Positions 54,633-62,704 of a stretch of DNA of 64,000 nt are shown piece after piece. Source of the DNA: a virus. A program made the translations under genes and the position numbers. Under the pieces are notes generated by a model. The model made no database searches. It had not been told where the DNA came from and saw only the letters and a program-made list of their open reading frames with translations. The stretch lies in the IMG/VR virus record IMGVR_UViG_3300046534_001341, positions 1 to 64,000 of that record; one strand, written 5' to 3'. The first letter of the stretch is position 1. The number at the start of each line of letters is the position of its first letter.

Positions 54633-54877
54633 GTAAACCTGAAGAATGCGTAATGTGCTCAGAGGGTTGTGACCCAGCCGCCACAGGCAGAAGACCCCAC
54701 AAAAAGTTCAGTACTGAATTCTGCGTTTGGTGTGATCTAGGTATACAGTTGGAAAAGGAACATAACCTCAAGAAATTACTTCTCAATGATAAGAAACCCC
54801 GAACAATTGCCGATCTTATACGCAAACAAATGAATGCAAAAGGGGCGGCCTCCGGCCGCTTTGTTCCCAAAAATTAA
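54611..54877 (+). CDS. Array D zinc-finger protein 7 (KEHNLKKLL)
   Basis: CVMC...CVWC..G. Confidence 0.7.
   Translation: MCKTRDISKPEECVMCSEGCDPAATGRRPHKKFSTEFCVWCDLGIQLEKEHNLKKLLLNDKKPRTIADLIRKQMNAKGAASGRFVPKN
54845..54859 (+). promoter_or_regulatory. Perfect GC hairpin with TCC loop upstream of the AAA ATPase
   Basis: GCGGCC-TCC-GGCCGC. Confidence 0.5.
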
Positions 54878-54898
54878 TACACCCAAAAAGGAAATACC

Positions 54899-55948
54899 AT
54901 GCAGCAGATTACAGCAGTACAAGCACCAGAGTTATTGATGGATGTAATGAAGGCCGGATTGGTTCCGATGATAGTATCATCCCCCGGCATTGGTAAGTCG
55001 TCAATCGCCAAGCAAATTGCAGAAGACCGTAACCTGAAGGTTATTGATTTACGTTTATCTCAGTGTGATCCAAGTGATCTACTTGGTTTTCCCTCAATCA
55101 ATAAAGACAAAACCAAAGCTGGTTATGTACCAATGGATACTTTCCCTATTAAGGGTGATCCAATACCATCACGTACGGTTAATGGTGTAGTCAAACCTTA
55201 CGCAGGCTGGTTACTTTTCTTAGATGAAATGAACTCAGCAGCAAAGTCAGTACAAGCAGCGGCTTACAAAATAGTCTTGGATCGACAAGTTGGCCTACAT
55301 GATCTGCATAAAAGCGTAGCTGTAATGGCAGCCGGTAACCTATCTACGGATAAGGCGATCGTGACTAAACTTGGTACGGCCATGCAATCACGTATGGTTC
55401 ACTTTCACCTACGTGAAGACTTCAAGTCTTGGATGGCATGGGCGGCGACTTCAGGTATTGATTACCGCATCACTTCTTTCTTGAACTTCAAGCCAGAAGC
55501 GTTATTCAATTTCTCACCTGACCACAATGACTGCACTTTCGCATGTCCTCGTACATGGGAATTTGTGTCTAAGATCGTGATTAATTGGAAAGAGATTGGT
55601 TCTGATAAATCACCTTTAATCGGGGGCACAATCGGTGAAGGTATGGGTCGTGAATTCCTAGCCTTCTGTCAGGTGTTTGGGGAACTCCCAACAATCAGTG
55701 AGATAGTTAACAACCCTATGGGTACTAAGCTGTCTGACGAGCCTACAGTACGTTATGCCTTAACAGGTATGATTGGGTCACACATCACCCCAAATAACTC
55801 AGATGCGTTAATGAAATTTGTTGATCGTATGCCTGTGGAATTTCAAATCATCACGCTTCAATCAGCACTATTACGTGACCCTAGCCTATTGTCTCAAGGC
55901 TCTGCATTCGATGCTTGGGTTACCAAACACGCTTCACGTTTAATGTAA
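54899..55948 (+). CDS. MoxR-like AAA+ ATPase (N4 gp24-like)
   Basis: SPGIGKS Walker A, LFLDE Walker B, AAGN sensor I, PRTWE. Confidence 0.92.
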   Translation: MQQITAVQAPELLMDVMKAGLVPMIVSSPGIGKSSIAKQIAEDRNLKVIDLRLSQCDPSDLLGFPSINKDKTKAGYVPMDTFPIKGDPIPSRTVNGVVKPYAGWLLFLDEMNSAAKSVQAAAYKIVLDRQVGLHDLHKSVAVMAAGNLSTDKAIVTKLGTAMQSRMVHFHLREDFKSWMAWAATSGIDYRITSFLNFKPEALFNFSPDHNDCTFACPRTWEFVSKIVINWKEIGSDKSPLIGGTIGEGMGREFLAFCQVFGELPTISEIVNNPMGTKLSDEPTVRYALTGMIGSHITPNNSDALMKFVDRMPVEFQIITLQSALLRDPSLLSQGSAFDAWVTKHASRLM

Positions 55949-55952
55949 GGTA

Positions 55953-56609
55953 ATGAATATGACGACTCTCGCTGGATTCTTAAAAGAAGTAGAGAACCAT
56001 AAATTAACAGTGGTTCGGGATGACGGTTTGAATCGTCATATTCGTTTAGCAGAACCAGGCACAGGTAACTGTCAATTTGATTTAATTACTTGGCCTGGTC
56101 ATCTGTGTGTCACTGGGGATTGTGGAACTTATGTATTCCAAAGGACCAATGACATGTTTGAGTTCTTCCGCCAGAACCAGAAAGGCGAGAAGGAACTGCG
56201 CATCAATAGTGGATACTGGTCTGAGAAACTACTCAGCACATGTAATCACGGTGGTGTTAAAAAATTCTGTACAGATTTATTCAAGAAACAGTTGGATGAC
56301 TACATAGAAAACCACTGGGAATTTGAAGATGACGACGACGAAGAGCTTAAGGCTGTCGAAGTTAAAGCAAAAGTTTTAGCAGAAGTAAATGAAGAAATTG
56401 TCACCATACTTGATATGGGTAAAGACATGGCCTTGAACGCAGCCATGACTTTCAAGTCCGAATATGGGCACACTTTTGAAGATTTCTGGGATTACGAATT
56501 CGACAAGTATACCCACCACTTTTTGTGGAACCTATACTCCATTGCATGGGGTATTCAACAATATGACCTCAGCAAGGAATCAGAATGTCCTACTCCAAGC
56601 AAGACTTAG
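55953..56609 (+). CDS. Conserved hypothetical phage protein
   Basis: DDGLNRH...FDLITWPG.L..TGDCG pattern; lies between the AAA and vWA genes. Confidence 0.7.
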   Translation: MNMTTLAGFLKEVENHKLTVVRDDGLNRHIRLAEPGTGNCQFDLITWPGHLCVTGDCGTYVFQRTNDMFEFFRQNQKGEKELRINSGYWSEKLLSTCNHGGVKKFCTDLFKKQLDDYIENHWEFEDDDDEELKAVEVKAKVLAEVNEEIVTILDMGKDMALNAAMTFKSEYGHTFEDFWDYEFDKYTHHFLWNLYSIAWGIQQYDLSKESECPTPSKT

Positions 56610-57754
56610 AAACAGCTTTTGATAAAGCAAAAATTGGTTTGATGACTAAGCACAACAGCATATTCATCACGACCATCCTATTCTCCCTGAAGCATACGTG
56701 GGACGAATCCTGCAAGACTGCTGGGACGAATGGGGTCGATTTGGTAATAGCGCCCACATGGTTCATGAGTATGACTGCAGGAGCCCGTATGGGCCTACTA
56801 GCGCATGAAGCATGGCACGTTGCTTTCAACCACATGACCCGTGGTGACAGCTACGAGCATAAGGAATACAACATTGCTGCTGATCATGTAATTAATGTGA
56901 TGCTGAAGGATGCTAGTTACGAGCTCCCTGAGGGGGGTTACGGAGACTTTAAATACCGTGGTTGGAGTACCGATGAAGTGTATAAAGATCTGCAATCTAA
57001 CCCAAAGCCGCCGCCACCTAAAGGTGGTGAAGGTTCAGGGGGCTGCGGTCAGGACATTAAGTACCCAAGTGATGAAAAAGACAAAGATGGTAAGGGTAAT
57101 ACCCAAAAACAAAAAGACAACCTTCAGCGCAAGATAGAAGACACCCTGATCAAAGCCACCACCCAGTCGAAAATCATGGGTGACGCTGCTGGTACGATCC
57201 CAGGAGACATCTCCCGAATGCTGGATGAACTTCTTAATCCAAAATTGGATTGGAAGACTTTGTTGAGCAATTATATGAATGCCTTCGCTAAAGAAGACTA
57301 TTCGTATCAGCGCCCCAACAAACGATTTATGCCTGATTTCTTTTTACCTGGTATGCACAGTGAAAGTCTCGGTGAGATTTGTTTTGCATGTGACGCCAGT
57401 GGTTCTGTATCGCAGGCAGATTTTACTGCGTACTTGAATGAAATTAATTACGTGAAGGAAGAGTTGAATCCCGTCCTCACTACCATTATCGATTTCGATA
57501 CTCGCATTAATAATGTTCACTCTCTCGGACAAGATGATTCGATTGAAGGTATTAAATTTACAGGTGGTGGCGGTACAAACCTCACTCCAGTATTTGATTA
57601 CTACAGTGACCGCAAGCCTGTTGTGCTAGTGGTCTTTTCGGATTTGTACTGTTCAATGATTAAGAATGATCCAGGCTACCCAGTTTTATGGGTGTGCGTG
57701 AACAACCCACGGGGCCAAGTAAATTTCGGCACCATAATTCATATTGACCTTTAG
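56585..57754 (+). CDS. Metallopeptidase-vWA protein (DUF2201, N4 gp25-like)
   Basis: HEAWH, DASGS MIDAS, GGGGT, FSD. Confidence 0.9.
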   Translation: MSYSKQDLETAFDKAKIGLMTKHNSIFITTILFSLKHTWDESCKTAGTNGVDLVIAPTWFMSMTAGARMGLLAHEAWHVAFNHMTRGDSYEHKEYNIAADHVINVMLKDASYELPEGGYGDFKYRGWSTDEVYKDLQSNPKPPPPKGGEGSGGCGQDIKYPSDEKDKDGKGNTQKQKDNLQRKIEDTLIKATTQSKIMGDAAGTIPGDISRMLDELLNPKLDWKTLLSNYMNAFAKEDYSYQRPNKRFMPDFFLPGMHSESLGEICFACDASGSVSQADFTAYLNEINYVKEELNPVLTTIIDFDTRINNVHSLGQDDSIEGIKFTGGGGTNLTPVFDYYSDRKPVVLVVFSDLYCSMIKNDPGYPVLWVCVNNPRGQVNFGTIIHIDL

Positions 57755-57765
57755 AAAGGAAAACC

Positions 57766-58749
57766 ATGTCTACAGTATTCGTAGAATCCGTACAGGCAAG
57801 TATCTGTGCAGTGACAGGTAAGCGTATCGACACATTAGTTTGTGAGTATCCGCGTGCCATTCACGCCCAGTTACTTACTCACGGTGTGTTTAGTAAAAAC
57901 AGTTCATCATCTCGTGCTGTACCAATTGCTTCGGCAATTGCTCAGATACGAAAAAGCCCAGCTAAGCCGATATTTACGGCTAAGCAAACAGGTATGCAAG
58001 GCGAGCGCATTACAGATACTGGGCGTTTAACTAGTATCAATATAGCGCACAATTTATGTATGGAATTCGCAATAACCACAGCAAATTGGATGGATGCCAA
58101 TGGCGTCCATAAACAAAATGCTGCCCGTTACCTTGAAACATTCCAAAATATTCGCATCGTGTTGACTTCAACAGAATGGGAAAACTGGGATTGGTTACGT
58201 ATCGATGCCGCTGCTCAACCTGAAATTCAGGAATTGGCTATTGCCATGAAAGCTGCACGCGATGCTGCTGAACCAATGAAGTTGGATGCTGGTGAATACC
58301 ACGTTCCTTTCGTTGAGCGTAATCGTAATGTTGCTGGCAAGCTGGAGTACTTCACCAAAGAAGAAGTAAAAGTAGGGGGTGCTGTATTAGCGGATATCTT
58401 CAACCAAGTCGATCTGAAGACTGCCATTGATATTTCGATGTCATGCTGTGCACAGGTTTCTTACCGTAAGCTTGATAACTCAGCAGAAAAAGCTGAGGAC
58501 ATTATCCCCAAATTATTTGGTGGTAAGAAAATTCATGCAAGCCCTGCGGAACACCAAGCAACCCCAATCGATGCCAAGTTCCACGGTAAAGCACCAAAAT
58601 TACCCTTACAGGTAATCATGGCCAGCCTTCCGGCTGGTGTAAATGCAATAGGTATTGATCTGCAATTCCGTTCGGGTAACTTCACGAACTGGATACAGCA
58701 GCGTCAAATTATCGAAGGTCATGACGCGGCGTTAATGCCGAAGGTTTAA
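57766..58749 (+). CDS. thyX: FAD-dependent thymidylate synthase
   Basis: YPRAIHAQLLTHGVFSKNSSSSRAVP, VHKQ..ARYLE, CAQVSY, HASPAEH. Confidence 0.85.
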   Translation: MSTVFVESVQASICAVTGKRIDTLVCEYPRAIHAQLLTHGVFSKNSSSSRAVPIASAIAQIRKSPAKPIFTAKQTGMQGERITDTGRLTSINIAHNLCMEFAITTANWMDANGVHKQNAARYLETFQNIRIVLTSTEWENWDWLRIDAAAQPEIQELAIAMKAARDAAEPMKLDAGEYHVPFVERNRNVAGKLEYFTKEEVKVGGAVLADIFNQVDLKTAIDISMSCCAQVSYRKLDNSAEKAEDIIPKLFGGKKIHASPAEHQATPIDAKFHGKAPKLPLQVIMASLPAGVNAIGIDLQFRSGNFTNWIQQRQIIEGHDAALMPKV

Positions 58750-58752
58750 ACC

Positions 58753-58983
58753 ATGTTGAATGGCATCGTTGTAATGCACGGCGGCGTCATTGAACGCTGT
58801 GGTGTAAGTAGAGGTTACGGACCGGTGGAAGTATGGAAGGATTCAATACATCAACTCACTGTAGAGGATGTACCTGACGACCCAACGGAACGTACCATTT
58901 GGTTAACAGAGTTTGCTCAAAAAATGTTTGAACTTGGGCAGGCACACAAAGGTCGTGAGACCAAAGTGAGTGAATATGATTGA
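58753..58983 (+). CDS. Hypothetical protein
   Basis: AAGGT RBS, tight packing. Confidence 0.6.
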   Translation: MLNGIVVMHGGVIERCGVSRGYGPVEVWKDSIHQLTVEDVPDDPTERTIWLTEFAQKMFELGQAHKGRETKVSEYD

Positions 58984-59560
58984 AGGTTACAAACAAATGG
59001 TAACTGATTTGGCTAAACCAGGTCAGGCCATTGTTGATTCAATGTCAGCAGAACGAGCACATTGCTTACACATGGCCGTAGGTCTTGTAGGTGAAGTAGC
59101 AGGTGAGCTACCAGTAAGTACTTCTATGGAAAACCTGATTGAAGAATTAGGTGATGTGGAGTTTTACTTTGAAGGTTTGATGCAGGCATATACTATCCCT
59201 GCTTTGTTAGATGTGCCTGAAGGCATTAACCCAGATCTTAGTAAATTACCCTCTATACTAGCCTTAGTTGTTATTGCTGGTGATATCATGGATGTGGTTA
59301 AAAAGCACGTCATCTATGGTAAGGAAGTGGACATGTTGAAGTTGGTAAATAACATGTCAGCTTTCCGTCAAATCCTCAACGCTATTGAGGGCGGTATGGG
59401 TGAGGACATCTCTCAGGGGATTATACTTGAAGCCAACATGCAGAAGTTACTGAAAGGTGAAACTGCACGCTACAAATCTGGTTCGTACTCCGATGATCAG
59501 GCAACTGATCGCGCGGACAAAGCCAGTAATGTAGTAAACATAAACAAAAACAAAGACTAA
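58976..59560 (+). CDS. MazG-like NTP pyrophosphohydrolase
   Basis: GLVGE..GE, EELGDVEFY, D.VKK...YGK, N..KL....RY. Confidence 0.75.
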   Translation: MIEGYKQMVTDLAKPGQAIVDSMSAERAHCLHMAVGLVGEVAGELPVSTSMENLIEELGDVEFYFEGLMQAYTIPALLDVPEGINPDLSKLPSILALVVIAGDIMDVVKKHVIYGKEVDMLKLVNNMSAFRQILNAIEGGMGEDISQGIILEANMQKLLKGETARYKSGSYSDDQATDRADKASNVVNINKNKD

Positions 59561-59721
59561 ATGTTTTTGTTTTTACTGACGCTGGTGTTCATGAGATTAG
59601 TCCCCTCAGAACACCAGCAAGAGCTAGAACCTAAAGGTTCCAATTGGCAGTTAACTCTGCACAGACAAAAGTCACCGCACGTTTTTAGAACGTGTATTGG
59701 GACTATAGCCTGAAATATACT

Positions 59722-59763
59722 AAAAAAGCCGTACTCCTTCTCTCGTTGGATGCGGCTTTTTTT
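59722..59763 (+). terminator. Intrinsic terminator (possibly bidirectional)
   Basis: AAAAAAGCCGTA...TGCGGCTTTTTTT. Confidence 0.75.
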
Positions 59764-59788
59764 ATTTGATTAATTCTGAGGTCAATTT

Positions 59789-60004
59789 ATGCAAAACAAA
59801 TTTACATCACAATTGATTAAGTTCACAGAAGAAGCAATACCTAAATTGGAAATACGTGCGCTAATACTTACAGGCGATGCTGGTAAGGTGGAGCAGAAAA
59901 AATTAACCCGAGCAAGAGTACAGTTGCATAACCTACAGTGGTATGGCACCTGCCACGCCCCGCAAACACCCTCACAAAAATTAAGGAAGAATTTCAGTGG
60001 CTGA
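59789..60004 (+). CDS. Hypothetical protein
   Basis: GAGGT RBS. Confidence 0.55.
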   Translation: MQNKFTSQLIKFTEEAIPKLEIRALILTGDAGKVEQKKLTRARVQLHNLQWYGTCHAPQTPSQKLRKNFSG

Positions 60005-60659
60005 ACCATTATTTTATTTACGTAGTCGTCACGGCGACACAGGCAACAACGTCATGTTCCATGCAAAGATGGGGAGTGGTTACACCACTAATTTGGATGA
60101 CCTACACCTGTTCACAATTGCTGAGGCACAAAAACAATTAGGTTATAGCATCCGTTCTCTACCCTTACTAGCAGACGAAGTAGATAAGTTATCTATTAAA
60201 GCTGTGGACATGCAGAACCTAGACCATGAAAAGAATAACGAACACAAAAAGAATTCACCTGATGTATTTAATATACAGTTAGGTGGGCATTACAATGGTA
60301 ACGACATCGCATTCATAACCGGCAGTGGTGTGACTTATGACTACAGTAAGGCAGAGACCTTTACAGTAGATGCAGCTCAGAAATATTTACTGGCTCACCA
60401 AGGGGATAGCCTTTTCATCTGGAACCAAGCCTATTTAGATAGCATCGCCCGTCGTACTTTTCAATCCCACAACATAAACACCCGCAGCATGACCACCAAA
60501 CCAGGTATCGTGTATAAAAAACCACGCAAAAAACGCCCCACCACTGGCAAGACAAGAATTAACTGTCCTGACTGTGGACGCATTCATTGGCAGTACAACC
60601 CTTACGATTTTGAGGGCTGTGCCCATATAAGTTGTAAGGGTTGGCGTTCAAGCTATTAA
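59997..60659 (+). CDS. Hypothetical protein with internally duplicated GN...F...G.T...A/L motif and C-terminal zinc ribbon
   Basis: GNNVMF...GYTTNLD and GNDIAF...GVTYDYSKA; CPDC...C...C. Confidence 0.7.
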   Translation: MAEPLFYLRSRHGDTGNNVMFHAKMGSGYTTNLDDLHLFTIAEAQKQLGYSIRSLPLLADEVDKLSIKAVDMQNLDHEKNNEHKKNSPDVFNIQLGGHYNGNDIAFITGSGVTYDYSKAETFTVDAAQKYLLAHQGDSLFIWNQAYLDSIARRTFQSHNINTRSMTTKPGIVYKKPRKKRPTTGKTRINCPDCGRIHWQYNPYDFEGCAHISCKGWRSSY

Positions 60660-60671
60660 TAAGGAAAAAAC

Positions 60672-61931
60672 GTGACACAAATAACACTATCATCAGAGCA
60701 ACAAGTAGCCTTGAACATGGCTATGGAGTTCCTCCTAGACTCAGAATCTACTGAGATGGTTATTGATGGCTTCCCCGGAGTTGGTAAAACAACTTTGGTC
60801 GAGCACATCCTAATGGCAGCGAGAGCACGAGCAAAAATGCTCAAGCTTTTAACTAACCGTGGTCACCAATTAAACGTGTACCTTACTGCCACTACCAATA
60901 AGGCAGCTAACGTACTTGGTGCTATGACTAAAGAAGATGGTATGAGTATTCATTCTCTTCTTGGTTTACGTCCGGTACCTGATCACCGCACAGGCAAAAT
61001 GAACCTAAAGCAATCACCCAACCCAAGAGCTATTGACGATGCTCTCATCATTATTGATGAGGCCTCCATGGAAAACATGGAGCTATTAGAAGTTGTTCGT
61101 GGTCGTACGCAACGCTGTAAAGTAATTCATGTAATGGATTCGTACCAGTTGGCTCCGATCGGGGAAAGTCATTGCCCAGTTTCAACCGAAGTAAAAAAAC
61201 AAGCCAAGCTTAAAATCCCTCAGCGTTACGGCGGTGAGATTGCTAAGTTAGGCACTCAGTTCCGCCATGCAATTGATACGGGTGAATTTACTCCGATCAT
61301 CCCAAATGGTGCTGAAATTATCAAAGCTGATGGACCTACATTTCAGAGTATGGTGGATACTGCATTTAATGGTAAGCAGGGTGTGGACCATGCTCGTATC
61401 ATTTGCTGGACTAACGACAAGGTTAGGCAGTACAACGATTACACTCGTAATCTAGTAACGCAGTCAGAATTCTTTGAACCAGGTGAGATGGTTATCACCA
61501 ACAAACCTATAATGTCCAAGAAGCAAACAGCTTACTCTACTGACTCAATTGTTCAGGTTTCAGATGTGGATTCATACGTAGGTGAAGAGTATGGTGTGAA
61601 GGGTATCTGGTACACGTTGTCTGGAAATACTGAAGTATTCCAAGCTCTGAACCAATACGATGTTAAGCAGCGTTTAGATGCCACAGTCAAGTCGAAAGAT
61701 TGGGCTACTCACTACATGCTCAAAGATTTCTTCGGTGACCTCCGGCCAGTAAATTCGTGTACATCCCACAAGAGCCAAGGCAGTACTTACGACATCGCGT
61801 TCGTAGATCTTGACGATATAGGGGGGTGCCGTAAACCAATTGATGTTGCTCGTATGCTAAATGTGGCATCGACTCGTGCATCTCAGCAAGTCGTCTATTA
61901 TGGGAACTTACCAGCCAAATATGGAGGCTAG
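60672..61931 (+). CDS. Dda-like SF1B DNA helicase (N4 gp37-like)
   Basis: GFPGVGKTT, IIDEAS, QLAPI, HKSQGST, TRA. Confidence 0.92.
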   Translation: MTQITLSSEQQVALNMAMEFLLDSESTEMVIDGFPGVGKTTLVEHILMAARARAKMLKLLTNRGHQLNVYLTATTNKAANVLGAMTKEDGMSIHSLLGLRPVPDHRTGKMNLKQSPNPRAIDDALIIIDEASMENMELLEVVRGRTQRCKVIHVMDSYQLAPIGESHCPVSTEVKKQAKLKIPQRYGGEIAKLGTQFRHAIDTGEFTPIIPNGAEIIKADGPTFQSMVDTAFNGKQGVDHARIICWTNDKVRQYNDYTRNLVTQSEFFEPGEMVITNKPIMSKKQTAYSTDSIVQVSDVDSYVGEEYGVKGIWYTLSGNTEVFQALNQYDVKQRLDATVKSKDWATHYMLKDFFGDLRPVNSCTSHKSQGSTYDIAFVDLDDIGGCRKPIDVARMLNVASTRASQQVVYYGNLPAKYGG

Positions 61932-61932
61932 T

Positions 61933-62448
61933 GTGACTGAATTTAAACCCCAGTTTAGGGCACAACTTCTTAGTATTCTCATGCAGGCTTTATTCGTAAA
62001 GCAGCATGAAGAAATTAAGAAGGAAATCAACGCAATTATTTTGGATAATAGTTACAACTCTTCTCCAAGAGCCTTTGCTTTTCGTTATAAAAACAAAGCT
62101 TATATCGATGAGGGGCTGCCTAATTACACCCCAAAGATTGAACTGCACGTAGACCATCGAGCCACCATGGATAATATCCTAGTGCGGCAACAGCACATCG
62201 AGATGGAGTACATTCGTATAGATGCGTACATCACTCGTTGCATGAATTTATGTAAAACAGTTTCAGATCTGTACGTAACGATACCTGAGCAGTTACATAA
62301 GTTTTTCCCATCTACTATCACCACCCACAAAAGTAGAGGTAACAGCCCACTGATTTTAAGTGAAGCTGAGGCCACTCGTTTTGCGCGGGAAAATGAAGTA
62401 GCTCATGCAAGTTTGATGCGACGCCTATTAACATTAATTATTATTTAG
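61933..62448 (+). CDS. N4 gp38-like hypothetical protein
   Basis: GGAGG RBS, GTG start; between helicase and DNA polymerase. Confidence 0.65.
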   Translation: MTEFKPQFRAQLLSILMQALFVKQHEEIKKEINAIILDNSYNSSPRAFAFRYKNKAYIDEGLPNYTPKIELHVDHRATMDNILVRQQHIEMEYIRIDAYITRCMNLCKTVSDLYVTIPEQLHKFFPSTITTHKSRGNSPLILSEAEATRFARENEVAHASLMRRLLTLIII

Positions 62449-62458
62449 TGGGGTAAGT

Positions 62459-62704
62459 ATGTCAGAAGTAGAACTGTTAAAAGAAGTAGAAGATGCCCAC
62501 TTACGCATCGAAGGCTTGAAAGAAAGAATTATGAACCTAGAGCATTACATAGGTTTACGTTCTCATTCATTTGATGGCTACCGCCGTCAGTACGATTTCC
62601 ATCAGATAAAGAAGGATATGGTATATCGTAACCGTCCCCAGTCTTTATTTGAAAAAAGAAAGGCTAAACAAGATGAAGCACGTCCTTTTCAAAGAGGCGG
62701 ATAG
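62459..62704 (+). CDS. Hypothetical coiled-coil protein
   Basis: GGGG RBS; overlaps the DNA polymerase start. Confidence 0.55.
   Translation: MSEVELLKEVEDAHLRIEGLKERIMNLEHYIGLRSHSFDGYRRQYDFHQIKKDMVYRNRPQSLFEKRKAKQDEARPFQRGG

Noticed and set aside
59561-59713. 50-codon ORF after the MazG-like gene
   Set aside because: No clear RBS or motif; left unannotated.
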